A stretch of 64,000 nucleotides of DNA from an uncultured Clostridia bacterium (lineage in GTDB: Bacteria; Bacillota; Clostridia; TANB77; CAG-508): positions 38,208 to 102,207 of the forward strand of contig CALXVT010000001.1 of the NCBI GenBank assembly GCA_944392175.1, given 5' to 3'. Positions 41,557-51,355 of the stretch are shown here, in pieces. The notes beneath the pieces were generated by a model. It was not told the DNA's origin. It searched no databases and saw only the letters and a list, made by a program, of their open reading frames with translations. How positions within the stretch are numbered: the stretch's first letter is position 1; each line of letters opens with the position of its first letter. A program made the translations under genes and the position numbers.

Positions 41557-42469
41557 AGAAGAAGTGGCAGAAGAGTGCTATAAAAGGCTAAAAAAAGTTT
41601 TAGAAGGATTATCAAAAAAATATGAATATGAAATTGTATTTATAAATGATGGTAGTAAAGATAAAACATTAAATATATTGGAAAATATAGCTAAAGAAAA
41701 TAAAAATGTAAAAATAATATCCTTTTCAAGAAATTTTGGTCATCAATGTGCAGTAACTGCAGGACTAAAATATATAACAGGTGATGCTATCGTAATAATA
41801 GATGCAGATTTACAAGATCCACCAGAATTAATACCAGAAATGCTAAAATTATGGGAAGATGGAAATGATGTAATTTATGGTAAGAGAAAATCTAGAGCAG
41901 GGGAATCAAGATTTAAGTTATTAACAGCATCAATGTTTTATAAAACTTTAAATGCACTTTCTGATGTCGAAATTCCAAAGGATACAGGTGATTTTAGACT
42001 AGTGGACAGGAAAGTTGTAGAAGTAATTAATTCATTGCCAGAACATAATAAATTTTTAAGAGGCCTTTTTAGCTGGGTCGGTTTTAAACAAACACCATTT
42101 GAATATGAAAGAAAAGAGAGAGTAGCGGGAAAAACAAAATATCCTTTGGGTAAAATGTTAAAACTTGCACAGGACGGAATTTTTAGTTTTTCAACTAAGC
42201 CGCTAAGAATTGTAGGAACTATGGGAATTGTTTCTATACTAATTTCTATACTAATTTTAGTATATTCAATTTTATCATATTTTTTCAATTGGAATGATTT
42301 GACTGCTGGATGGACTTCCATGATGGTAACAATGACTTTCCTTGGTGGAATGATATTAATCTCTTTATGGATGATTGGAGAGTATGTTGGAAGAATATAT
42401 GACGAAACTAAAAGAAGACCAGAATATATAATAGAAAAAACAATAAATATAGATAATGAGGGGGATTAA
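41519..42469 (+). CDS. polyprenyl-phosphate glycosyltransferase (GtrB/DPM1-like GT2), second copy
   Basis: LSVIVPMYYEEE...INDGSKD...IDADLQDPPE. 2 C-terminal TM. Confidence 0.8.
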   Translation: MKKLSVIVPMYYEEEVAEECYKRLKKVLEGLSKKYEYEIVFINDGSKDKTLNILENIAKENKNVKIISFSRNFGHQCAVTAGLKYITGDAIVIIDADLQDPPELIPEMLKLWEDGNDVIYGKRKSRAGESRFKLLTASMFYKTLNALSDVEIPKDTGDFRLVDRKVVEVINSLPEHNKFLRGLFSWVGFKQTPFEYERKERVAGKTKYPLGKMLKLAQDGIFSFSTKPLRIVGTMGIVSILISILILVYSILSYFFNWNDLTAGWTSMMVTMTFLGGMILISLWMIGEYVGRIYDETKRRPEYIIEKTINIDNEGD

Positions 42470-42470
42470 T

Positions 42471-43487
42471 ATGTATAAAGTTTCAGTTATAACAATTTTA
42501 AAAAGAAGACATAAAAAAGTACAAGAAAATTTAAATAGTTTGATAAATCAAACACTTTCTGATGTAGAAATAATATGTGTCTATAATGAAGAAAATTCAG
42601 AAATAAATAGTTATGTACAGGAAGAAAAGAAAAAACAAGGAGATAGAATAAAAATAGTTCATAAAACAAAAGCTCAAGATGTAATTGCGAAAAACAAAGC
42701 TTTAGAAGAAGCACAAGGCAAATATCTTTTAGTTACAGATGGTAATACTTGTTATGATAAATCAGCATTAGAAAAAATGTATAATGCTGCAGAAACTAAA
42801 AATGCAGATTTAGCAGTTTGCGGTTATAGTATAATAAATATAGATACAAATCAAACAATTACAAATGGACTAGAAGGAAATTTTAAAGATGTAGAAAATC
42901 TTGATGGAACAAATAAAGCTTGGGGATATTTAAATATAGATTCTGGTAACAAATTAGTAAAAAAAGAGAAAATAGGAGATATTAAATTTCAAAATTATGA
43001 TGACTGCCAAGATGAAATATTCATATTAAGCACATATGCAAAAGTTAACACAGTAGCATTTGTTAATGAAGAATTATTTTATGGATATAGAACAATTGCA
43101 AATGCTGAAAGATTACCTAATCCAATACAAGTAAAAGATTTACAAAAAGGTTTAATAGAAGTTAAAAAAATATATAAAGATAATGGTAGATATGAAAGTT
43201 TAAAAAATATTATATCTTTAATAGCTTTTTCAAAAGTAGGTGTTAAGCAATTAGTAGAAATATCATTTGACAAAAATGTTGATATGAAAGAAAAAATCAG
43301 AGAACACATGAATTATTTAGATATAAACTTTTTTGAGTGGAGAAAAAATAAATTCTTGAGTTTCTCAAATGTCCCAAGAAAGGCTTATTGGGTAGCTTGC
43401 TTAATATATAAATTTGGTTTTCAATCACCATATATAAAAATATATAGAAATTTATTAGAAAAGACAGATGCTAAATTATTCTTTTAA
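42471..43487 (+). CDS. GT2-like protein with a degenerate DXD motif
   Basis: VSVITIL...LVTDGNT...AVCGY. Confidence 0.4.
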   Translation: MYKVSVITILKRRHKKVQENLNSLINQTLSDVEIICVYNEENSEINSYVQEEKKKQGDRIKIVHKTKAQDVIAKNKALEEAQGKYLLVTDGNTCYDKSALEKMYNAAETKNADLAVCGYSIINIDTNQTITNGLEGNFKDVENLDGTNKAWGYLNIDSGNKLVKKEKIGDIKFQNYDDCQDEIFILSTYAKVNTVAFVNEELFYGYRTIANAERLPNPIQVKDLQKGLIEVKKIYKDNGRYESLKNIISLIAFSKVGVKQLVEISFDKNVDMKEKIREHMNYLDINFFEWRKNKFLSFSNVPRKAYWVACLIYKFGFQSPYIKIYRNLLEKTDAKLFF

Positions 43488-43491
43488 ATTA

Positions 43492-43537
43492 AAAAGTACA
43501 AGTTTGTTACATAATAAAAAACTTGTACTTTTTGTTT
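43492..43537 (+). terminator. rho-independent terminator
   Basis: aaaagtacaagttt...aaacttgtactttttgttt. Confidence 0.6.
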
Positions 43538-43583
43538 AGAAATGATAATATTTATAATGTATTAATATAAAAAAGGAGAAATT

Positions 43584-44588
43584 ATGGACGAGGAAAATTT
43601 AATTAATCCAGAGTTAATTAATGAAGAAGAAAATAGATTAGAAAATTCATTAAGACCAAAGACTTTAGATGAATATATTGGACAAACAAAAGTAAAAGAA
43701 AATATGAAAATATATATAGAAGCTGCAAAAAAAAGAGGTGAGCCACTAGACCATGTACTTTTATATGGACCACCAGGACTAGGAAAAACAACACTTTCTA
43801 ATATAATTTCAAATGAAATGAATTCAAATATAAAAATTACATCAGGTCCAGCAATAGAAAAGCCAGGAGATTTAGCAGCACTACTTACAAATTTGTCAGA
43901 ATTTGATGTGCTATTTATAGATGAAATTCATAGATTAAATAAAAGTGTAGAAGAAATATTATATCCTGCTTTGGAAGATTATACTTTAGATATAATCATA
44001 GGAAAAGGACCAAGTGCTAGATCAATAAGATTAGATTTACCTAAATTTACACTAATAGGTGCTACAACAAAAGCAGGTTCTTTAACAACACCTTTAAGGG
44101 ATAGATTTGGAATAGTAGAAAGACTAGAGTTATATGAGCCAGAAGACTTGCAGAAAATTGTAAAGAGATCAGCTGGAATATTAGATGTAGAAATTGATGA
44201 TAATGCAACAATGGAAATAGCTAAAAGATCAAGAGGAACGCCAAGAATTGCAAATAGAATATTAAAAAGAGTTAGAGATTATGCAGCAGTTTTAGGAGAT
44301 GGAAAAGTTGATTTAAAAATGGCAAAAATTGCATTAAATAAATTAGAGATAGATGATTTAGGATTAGACCAAATAGACAGAAATATATTACTAACAATTA
44401 TTAATAAATATTCTGGAGGTCCAGTAGGAATAGAAACTTTAGCGGCTACAACTGGTGAGGAAATGGAAACAATAGAAGATGTATATGAACCATTTTTAAT
44501 GCAAATTGGTTTTATAGCACGTACTCCAAGAGGAAGAATTGCTCTTCCAACAGCATATGAACATTTAAATATAGAATATAACAAATAA
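43584..44588 (+). CDS. ruvB: Holliday junction branch migration helicase RuvB
   Basis: [21 protein letters not shown]+ fold. 334 aa. Confidence 0.9.
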   Translation: MDEENLINPELINEEENRLENSLRPKTLDEYIGQTKVKENMKIYIEAAKKRGEPLDHVLLYGPPGLGKTTLSNIISNEMNSNIKITSGPAIEKPGDLAALLTNLSEFDVLFIDEIHRLNKSVEEILYPALEDYTLDIIIGKGPSARSIRLDLPKFTLIGATTKAGSLTTPLRDRFGIVERLELYEPEDLQKIVKRSAGILDVEIDDNATMEIAKRSRGTPRIANRILKRVRDYAAVLGDGKVDLKMAKIALNKLEIDDLGLDQIDRNILLTIINKYSGGPVGIETLAATTGEEMETIEDVYEPFLMQIGFIARTPRGRIALPTAYEHLNIEYNK

Positions 44589-44597
44589 GAGGTTATT

Positions 44598-46049
44598 ATG
44601 AAACAAAAAACAAAAGATATCATTTTTAATATATGTTACATATTGGTTTTACTAATAGCATTTTTAGGTATGGTATTACCAAGAAATTTGCAAAATTTAG
44701 ATGAAATATGGAATTTTAATTTTGCAAGAAATATAGCGAATGGCTTATTACCATATAACGATTTTAATATGCTTCAAACACCATTATTAGCATTTATAAT
44801 AGGAGCATTCTTAAAAATATTTGGAACTGAATTAATAGTTGTAAGAATCATTTCAGCAGTATTAGGAGTTTCAATAATATACTTGACGTTTAAAATCTTA
44901 GAAAAATTAAACATAAATAAAAAATGGTCAATATTCTCATCTTTATTAATATTTTTATATATTAAAGACAATTTTTATATAGATTACAATTATGTAATAT
45001 TACTAATAACATTAATTTTAATATATTTGGAATTAAATATTCACAAAAGCCAAATAAAATACAATATTTTAATAGGAGTTTTAGCGGGAACAACAATACT
45101 TCTAAAACAAAGTATAGGAATTATAATATCAGCACTTACATGTTTTTATATTTTAATAAACCATGCAAATAAAAATACATTAAAATTAGTTGGTTTCAGA
45201 ATACTTGGAGTACTAATACCAGTTTTAATTTTAATAATATATTTAGTAGTAACTAATTCTTTATGGAGTTTTTGGGATTATTGTGTACTTGGAATAAAAA
45301 CATTTTCAAATAATATTTCATATTCAAATTTATTAAAAGAATTTGATATAAATGCAATTTTAAGCATAGTAGCACCAATAGTAATTATTAATTTTTTTAT
45401 AACAGGAATAAAACAAAAAGGCGTACATCTTGTATTAGGAGTGTATAGTTTATCACAATTTATAATGGTATATCCAATAGCAGATAAAATACACTTCCAA
45501 ATAGCAATATTACCAGCGTTAATGGGAATATTCTATTTAGTATGCAAAAAAATACAAGAAATAAAAATAAAAAAATTATCAATATTTATAGAACACTTTA
45601 TGAATGTAATTACAATATCAATGGTATTCATGGTAGCAATATTTTTTATAAACGAATTATATTATTATGGATCATCAGAAAAATCAATATTAACAAATTT
45701 TGCTGGAATACCAATAGCAGAGGGATTACAAGATAGAATAATAGAAGTAGACAATTTTATATTACAGCAAGACAAGCCAGTATATATACTAGATTCAGAA
45801 GCAGCAGTATATATGATACCACTAAATATATATAATAAAGATTATGACATGTTTTTAAAAGGAAACTTAGGTTCAGCAGGAGAAGAAGGACAAATACAAA
45901 AATTAGAAAATATGGAAAATGCATATATACTAATAAAAAACGAAAATATATCACTAAATTGGCAAACACCAAAAGGAGTAATAAATTACATAAGAAACAA
46001 CTTAGAAAAAGTAGGTACAGTAAGCTTTTTTGATGTTTATGAACTTTAA
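44598..46049 (+). CDS. polytopic membrane protein (possible GT-C-like transferase)
   Basis: 483 aa, more than 10 TM. Confidence 0.4.
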   Translation: MKQKTKDIIFNICYILVLLIAFLGMVLPRNLQNLDEIWNFNFARNIANGLLPYNDFNMLQTPLLAFIIGAFLKIFGTELIVVRIISAVLGVSIIYLTFKILEKLNINKKWSIFSSLLIFLYIKDNFYIDYNYVILLITLILIYLELNIHKSQIKYNILIGVLAGTTILLKQSIGIIISALTCFYILINHANKNTLKLVGFRILGVLIPVLILIIYLVVTNSLWSFWDYCVLGIKTFSNNISYSNLLKEFDINAILSIVAPIVIINFFITGIKQKGVHLVLGVYSLSQFIMVYPIADKIHFQIAILPALMGIFYLVCKKIQEIKIKKLSIFIEHFMNVITISMVFMVAIFFINELYYYGSSEKSILTNFAGIPIAEGLQDRIIEVDNFILQQDKPVYILDSEAAVYMIPLNIYNKDYDMFLKGNLGSAGEEGQIQKLENMENAYILIKNENISLNWQTPKGVINYIRNNLEKVGTVSFFDVYEL

Positions 46050-46111
46050 CAGGGATTTTGGGACGGTCCTAAAATCCCTATTGATTTAAATTTTTTAAGG
46101 AGATATAAAAA

Positions 46112-47152
46112 ATGAAATTATTAATGCATACGTGTTGTGCACCTTGTAGCGTGTATTGTATAGAAGAGTTAAGAGTAGAAGGCATAGAACCAACGGTATA
46201 TTGGTATAATCCAAATATTCATCCATATACGGAATATAAAGCAAGGCGTGATTGTTTAAAAGAATATACAAAAAATATAAATGTTGAAGCAATTTTTGAA
46301 GACAATTACGGTTTAGATGAGTTTTGTAAAAATGTGGTATGTGACTTGCAAAATAGATGTCAAGACTATTGTTATCCAGTTCGTTTAGAACAAACTGCAA
46401 AATATGCTAAGGAACATGGTTTTGATACAATTACTACAACTTTACTTGTAAGTCCATACCAAAAACATGATATTATAAAAAGATTGGCTGAAGAAATTGC
46501 AAAAAAATATGGATTAAAATTTTTATATAGAGATTTTAGAGTTGGTTTTAAAGTTGGACAAGCAAGGGCAAGAGAATTAGGTTTATATATACAAAAATAT
46601 TGTGGTTGTATTTTTTCTGAAAGAGGTAGATATTTAGGAGAGGATTTTTTACCACCAAAATTACCAGAAGATTTCGAGTTTTTACCAGTAAAACATTCAA
46701 TAAATATAAAAAAAGAAAGAGATAATAAAGAACAGTATTTAGAGCTACTTCTTGAGGCAGATCCAAGCAAAGAAATGATTAACAAGTATTTATCTAATGG
46801 AGAGCTATTTGTATTGACAAATGATGATGAACCTGCTTGTATTGCTGTAACTATAAAAATAGATGATGATACAATAGAACTAAAAAATATAGTAACAAAA
46901 GAAAACTACAGAGAAAAAGGCTTTGCTAAAAAGATGATTAAGTATTTAGTAGATAATTATAAGACAAGATATAAAAAGATGATTGTTGGAACAACAGAAA
47001 ATAATATTCCATTCTATGTAAAACAAGCTTTTGATAAATATGAAAAAACAATAAAGAATTACTTTGTAGATAACTATGATAAAGAAATAAAAGACGGAAA
47101 TTTAATTTGTACAGATTTGATATATTATTCAAGAGATTTAAAAAATAATTAG
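46112..47152 (+). CDS. queH: epoxyqueuosine reductase QueH (DUF208) fused to a C-terminal GNAT acetyltransferase domain
   Basis: N-terminal LLMHTCCAPCS motif plus further Cys. C-terminal GNAT motif A (REKGFAKKMI). Confidence 0.55.
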   Translation: MKLLMHTCCAPCSVYCIEELRVEGIEPTVYWYNPNIHPYTEYKARRDCLKEYTKNINVEAIFEDNYGLDEFCKNVVCDLQNRCQDYCYPVRLEQTAKYAKEHGFDTITTTLLVSPYQKHDIIKRLAEEIAKKYGLKFLYRDFRVGFKVGQARARELGLYIQKYCGCIFSERGRYLGEDFLPPKLPEDFEFLPVKHSINIKKERDNKEQYLELLLEADPSKEMINKYLSNGELFVLTNDDEPACIAVTIKIDDDTIELKNIVTKENYREKGFAKKMIKYLVDNYKTRYKKMIVGTTENNIPFYVKQAFDKYEKTIKNYFVDNYDKEIKDGNLICTDLIYYSRDLKNN

Positions 47153-47162
47153 GAGGATAGAA

Positions 47163-47870
47163 ATGAAATTAAAAATTCTTGGTTCAGGAAGTATATTTTC
47201 TAAAGATAATAGTGCAAGTTGTTTAATTGATAATAAAATATTAATTGATGTACCTAATGGAACATGTAAGACGTTAAAAAGAATTGGAATTGAACCAAGT
47301 AATATTTTAAATATATTAATTACACATTTTCATGGAGATCATTATTTCGATATGCCATTTATGTTATTAAATAAAATATCAAGTAGTAATAAACCAATAA
47401 ATATATATTGTGATAGTTCAGGAGAAAATAAAATATATAATTTAACTAAATTAGCATTTCCTAATAAAGTAGATTAAATTAATCAGTATTTTAAATATAA
47501 TACAAATAGTAATTTTAATATAGAAAACTATACAGTTAAAAAAGTAAAATTAGAACATGAAGAAGAAATAGAAGCTAATGGATATATTTTTAAAGAAAAA
47601 GATACAAAAATAGGATTTACTGGTGATACAGGTATGTGCCAAGGATTAAAGATAATGGCCGAAGAGTGCAATTATTTAATATGTGATTGCAGCGCATTAA
47701 AAGGGAAAAAATCACATATAGGAGTAGATAATATTGTAGAATTAGTAAAGAAATATTCGAATTGTACTTTTTATACAACACACATGCAAAATGGAGTTAG
47801 GGAAAAAATACTATCACTTAATAAAAAAAATCTTATTCCTTTATTTGATTATGATGAATTTTTAATATAA
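47163..47870 (+). pseudogene. MBL-fold metallo-hydrolase interrupted by an in-frame TAA at 47475-47477
   Basis: ORFs 47163-47477 (HFHGDH motif) and 47634-47870 are in the same frame. The single TAA gives ...PNKVD*INQYFKYN... Confidence 0.6.
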
Positions 47871-47996
47871 TATATATTAAGAAATGATAAAGGAGTAAAA
47901 TGTAAATAGTAATTGAAAAAAAGAATTATATCTAGAAAATAAAGTAAAAATAAAGTATATTTAAATATAAATAAGTTACAAAATAAGGGGATAAAA

Positions 47997-49037
47997 ATGG
48001 AACTAAAAAAAGGACAAATTATTTATATTAATTCCGAAAAATATAAAGTAATTAATATGATTAATTTTAGTGAAAAAAACTGGCAATGGCAGGAATATGA
48101 GATTGTAAATGAGTTTAATCAGCATAAATGGTTAGAAATAGAAGAAGACGAAAACAAACAATTAGAATATTGTTTATATGATTATTATAATGCAAAAATT
48201 GATACTAATTTAGGTGAAATTTATGGTAATGATTATACAAAATATAAATTATATGAGAAAGGAAGAGCAATAGTTATTGATTACTTTGGCAATGCAGATG
48301 TTGATAAATATGAAAGCTGTGATTATATAACATATATTTCAGAAGATCAAAATACAGTAATTTCTGTTGAAAATTGGAGTGGAGAAATAGAAACTACAAT
48401 AGGTAGATACATATCACCAGATAAAATAAAGATTACAGATCAAATAGAGCAAAATACTATGTATCAAAACACAGAAACACTTTTAAATATAAATAACGTC
48501 ATAAGGAATGTAACTATATTTCTTATAGTATTAACATTTTTAATACCATTTATAGGATTGATAAAAGGATTGTTTGTTAATAAATCAATTGAAAAATATA
48601 TAAATAAAAATACTTCAAAATATACATATGTAACTTCAATTACAAATAACACTAATAAAGAAAAAGCAAAAGTTTATAAATCGTCATTTATAAGTATAGA
48701 TGAAACCGTAAAAGATATAATAGATGGTGTGCCAGAGGGAATAACAAAAACAAGTGATATAGATAAAACAACAGAAGATGATGGAATTGGATTACAAACC
48801 AAAAATGAATATGCATATATTTATAAAGAATTAGATGGAATATATGTTCAAATATCAACAAAAAAATATTTAAATAATTCTGGAACGATGTATCATTCAA
48901 GGCATTATTATAATTATTATAGAAGTTATACAAATCCAATAAGTAGCACTGTTTATGATAATTATGCATATTCTGCAAGACAAAGTAGTATAAATAGTAG
49001 AACATCATCAGGTGGTGGAACAAGTGCTGGAAAATAG
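47997..49037 (+). CDS. hypothetical protein (N-terminal beta-rich domain, central TM, Ser/Tyr/Asn-rich tail; possibly DUF4178-like)
   Basis: The ORF has a central TM. It lies next to a DUF350 pair and a spermidine synthase. Confidence 0.4.
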   Translation: MELKKGQIIYINSEKYKVINMINFSEKNWQWQEYEIVNEFNQHKWLEIEEDENKQLEYCLYDYYNAKIDTNLGEIYGNDYTKYKLYEKGRAIVIDYFGNADVDKYESCDYITYISEDQNTVISVENWSGEIETTIGRYISPDKIKITDQIEQNTMYQNTETLLNINNVIRNVTIFLIVLTFLIPFIGLIKGLFVNKSIEKYINKNTSKYTYVTSITNNTNKEKAKVYKSSFISIDETVKDIIDGVPEGITKTSDIDKTTEDDGIGLQTKNEYAYIYKELDGIYVQISTKKYLNNSGTMYHSRHYYNYYRSYTNPISSTVYDNYAYSARQSSINSRTSSGGGTSAGK

Positions 49038-49052
49038 AAAGGGGGATTAGAT

Positions 49053-49259
49053 ATGAGTATTAATTGGATGGAAATATTAAGTACATTAATATATGCAGGA
49101 ATTGGACTAGTTTTAATGTTTGTATGTGTATACATATTTGATTTACTTGTACCTTATGATTTTAAAAAGGAATTAAAAGAAAAAAATGTAGCAGCAGGAT
49201 TTATAATTGCAGGAATATTTATTTCAATTGCAATAATAGTTAGAACAGTAATAATATAA
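49053..49259 (+). CDS. small membrane protein (DUF350-like)
   Basis: 68 aa, 2 TM. GGGGAT RBS. Confidence 0.5.
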   Translation: MSINWMEILSTLIYAGIGLVLMFVCVYIFDLLVPYDFKKELKEKNVAAGFIIAGIFISIAIIVRTVII

Positions 49260-49275
49260 GGTAAGGAGGAAGAAA

Positions 49276-49482
49276 ATGGAGATTTTATCAAAAATAATTG
49301 AATTAATTATATATACATTAATAGGCATAGTATTTTGTTTTATTGGATATAAAATAACTGAAAAAATATATAAAAAAAGTTTCAATTTAACTGAAGAAAT
49401 AGATAATAACAATAAAGCAGTAGGTATTATGATAAGTGGAATGTTTATTGCTATAGGAATTTTAATGAGTGGTGTTTTATAG
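49276..49482 (+). CDS. small membrane protein (DUF350-like), tandem paralog
   Basis: 68 aa, 2 TM. AAGGAGG RBS. Confidence 0.5.
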   Translation: MEILSKIIELIIYTLIGIVFCFIGYKITEKIYKKSFNLTEEIDNNNKAVGIMISGMFIAIGILMSGVL

Positions 49483-51024
49483 ATGGAAGAAAAAGTAGAA
49501 GAAAATGTAAATAAAAGCAAAAAGTTTGATGCAAGATTATTATTAATAACTACTTTATTAATATCAATATGTTCAATAATTTATGAATTAATAATAAGCA
49601 GTATAAGTTCATATTTACAAGGAGATAGTATAACTCAATTTTCTATTACAATAGGATTATATATGAGTGCAATGGGAGTAGGCTCATACATATCAAAATA
49701 CATAAAAAATAATTTATTTAATAAATTTATTTTTATAGAGCTTGCAGTTGGTATTTTAGGAGGTTTTTCTAGTTTAATACTTTTTTTAGCTAATATATAT
49801 ACAAGTATATATGATTTAATTATGTATGTATTAATAATATTAATAGGAATATTTGTTGGACTAGAAATACCAATACTAACTAGAATTGTAGAAAAAAATG
49901 AAAGTAATGTTAGAAAAAATTTAGCCAATATTTTTACATTTGATTATATTGGTGGTTTAATTGGTTCTATTGCTTTTCCATTAATTTTATTTCCAAAATT
50001 AGGTTTTATTACAACAACATTTTTGATGGGAAGTATAAATACAATAGCAGCAATATTAATAATATTAAAGTATAAAAATTATATAGTAAAATACAAGATA
50101 ATTAGAGTTATATCAATTGTATTGTTAATGGTAATATTAATCTTTTTATGTACAGGAAAACTTATAGCAGATAAAATTGAGGGAGGACTATACAGAGATG
50201 ATATAATTTTATCTGAACAGACTCCATATCAAAAAATAGTTATGACAAAGCATAAAGATGATGTAAGACTATTTTTAGATGGTAATTTGCAATTTAGTAC
50301 AATGGACGAATATAGATATCATGAAGCTTTAGTTCATGTCCCTATGATGTATGCAAATTCACATAAAAGAGTTTTAATATTAGGTGGAGGAGATGGACTA
50401 GCAGCAAGAGAAGTTTTAAAATATAATGATGTAGAAGAAATAGTATTAGTAGATATAGATAAACAGATGACAGATTTATGTGCTAATGATAAGCAAGTAT
50501 CAAGTTTAAATCAAAATTCATTAAAAAATCCAAAAGTAAAGGTTATAAATGAAGATGCATATTTATTTGTACAAGAAAATAATGAAAAATTTGATGTAAT
50601 AATAATAGATTTTCCAGATCCAAATAATGAAACATTAAATAAATTGTATACAAATGTATTTTATAATTATGTAAAAGCCAATTTAACAAACGATGGTGTA
50701 ATGGTTTGCCAATCAACAAGTCCTTATTATGCAAAAAAATCATTTTGGTGTATAAATAAAACTATAAAAACTCAATTTAAAAATGTAATACCATATCATT
50801 TACAAGTACCTACATTTGGAGAATGGGGATTTAACTTGGCTTTTAATACTGATAATAAAAGAAAAGAATTAGTAGTAGATACAAAGTATTTAACAGAAGA
50901 AAATATAGATTCTTTATTTGAGTTTGGAAAAGATGAATTAATAGATACAAATGCAATAGATGAAAACGATATGTTTAAGCCAACACTTATTACATATTAT
51001 AATCAAGAAGTTCAAAACTGGTAA
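49483..51024 (+). CDS. speE: polyamine aminopropyltransferase (spermidine synthase domain) with an N-terminal multi-TM domain
   Basis: VLILGGGDGLAAREV, IIDFPDPN. About 200 aa of N-terminal TM region. Confidence 0.75.
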   Translation: MEEKVEENVNKSKKFDARLLLITTLLISICSIIYELIISSISSYLQGDSITQFSITIGLYMSAMGVGSYISKYIKNNLFNKFIFIELAVGILGGFSSLILFLANIYTSIYDLIMYVLIILIGIFVGLEIPILTRIVEKNESNVRKNLANIFTFDYIGGLIGSIAFPLILFPKLGFITTTFLMGSINTIAAILIILKYKNYIVKYKIIRVISIVLLMVILIFLCTGKLIADKIEGGLYRDDIILSEQTPYQKIVMTKHKDDVRLFLDGNLQFSTMDEYRYHEALVHVPMMYANSHKRVLILGGGDGLAAREVLKYNDVEEIVLVDIDKQMTDLCANDKQVSSLNQNSLKNPKVKVINEDAYLFVQENNEKFDVIIIDFPDPNNETLNKLYTNVFYNYVKANLTNDGVMVCQSTSPYYAKKSFWCINKTIKTQFKNVIPYHLQVPTFGEWGFNLAFNTDNKRKELVVDTKYLTEENIDSLFEFGKDELIDTNAIDENDMFKPTLITYYNQEVQNW

Positions 51025-51049
51025 AGGAGTAATAAAATTGGAAGCAAAT

Positions 51050-51331
51050 ATGTATAATTATCATACATGGATAGAGTATAAAGATGAAAAAATATTAGTA
51101 AAAGAATGCGAAAAAATTCTCAAAGATAGTGGTTTTACAATAATAAAAAAAGTAGAACATTTTTTTGAAAAACAAGGATATACAGGACTGTGGTTACTTG
51201 CAGAAAGTCATTTTGCTATTCATTCATTTCCAGAAGAAAATAAAATATACATAGAAATTTCAAGTTGTGTGAAGGAATATTTTGAAGAATTTTTAAAAAG
51301 ATTTAAAAAAAAAGAAAAAATAATACTATAA
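51050..51331 (+). CDS. speH: S-adenosylmethionine decarboxylase proenzyme (SpeH/SpeD class)
   Basis: LLAESHFAIHSFPE pyruvoyl-forming cleavage motif. An alternative TTG start at 51038 follows an AAGGAG RBS. Confidence 0.65.
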   Translation: MYNYHTWIEYKDEKILVKECEKILKDSGFTIIKKVEHFFEKQGYTGLWLLAESHFAIHSFPEENKIYIEISSCVKEYFEEFLKRFKKKEKIIL

Positions 51332-51355
51332 AAAAATAATAAGGGGAATTTAGAT

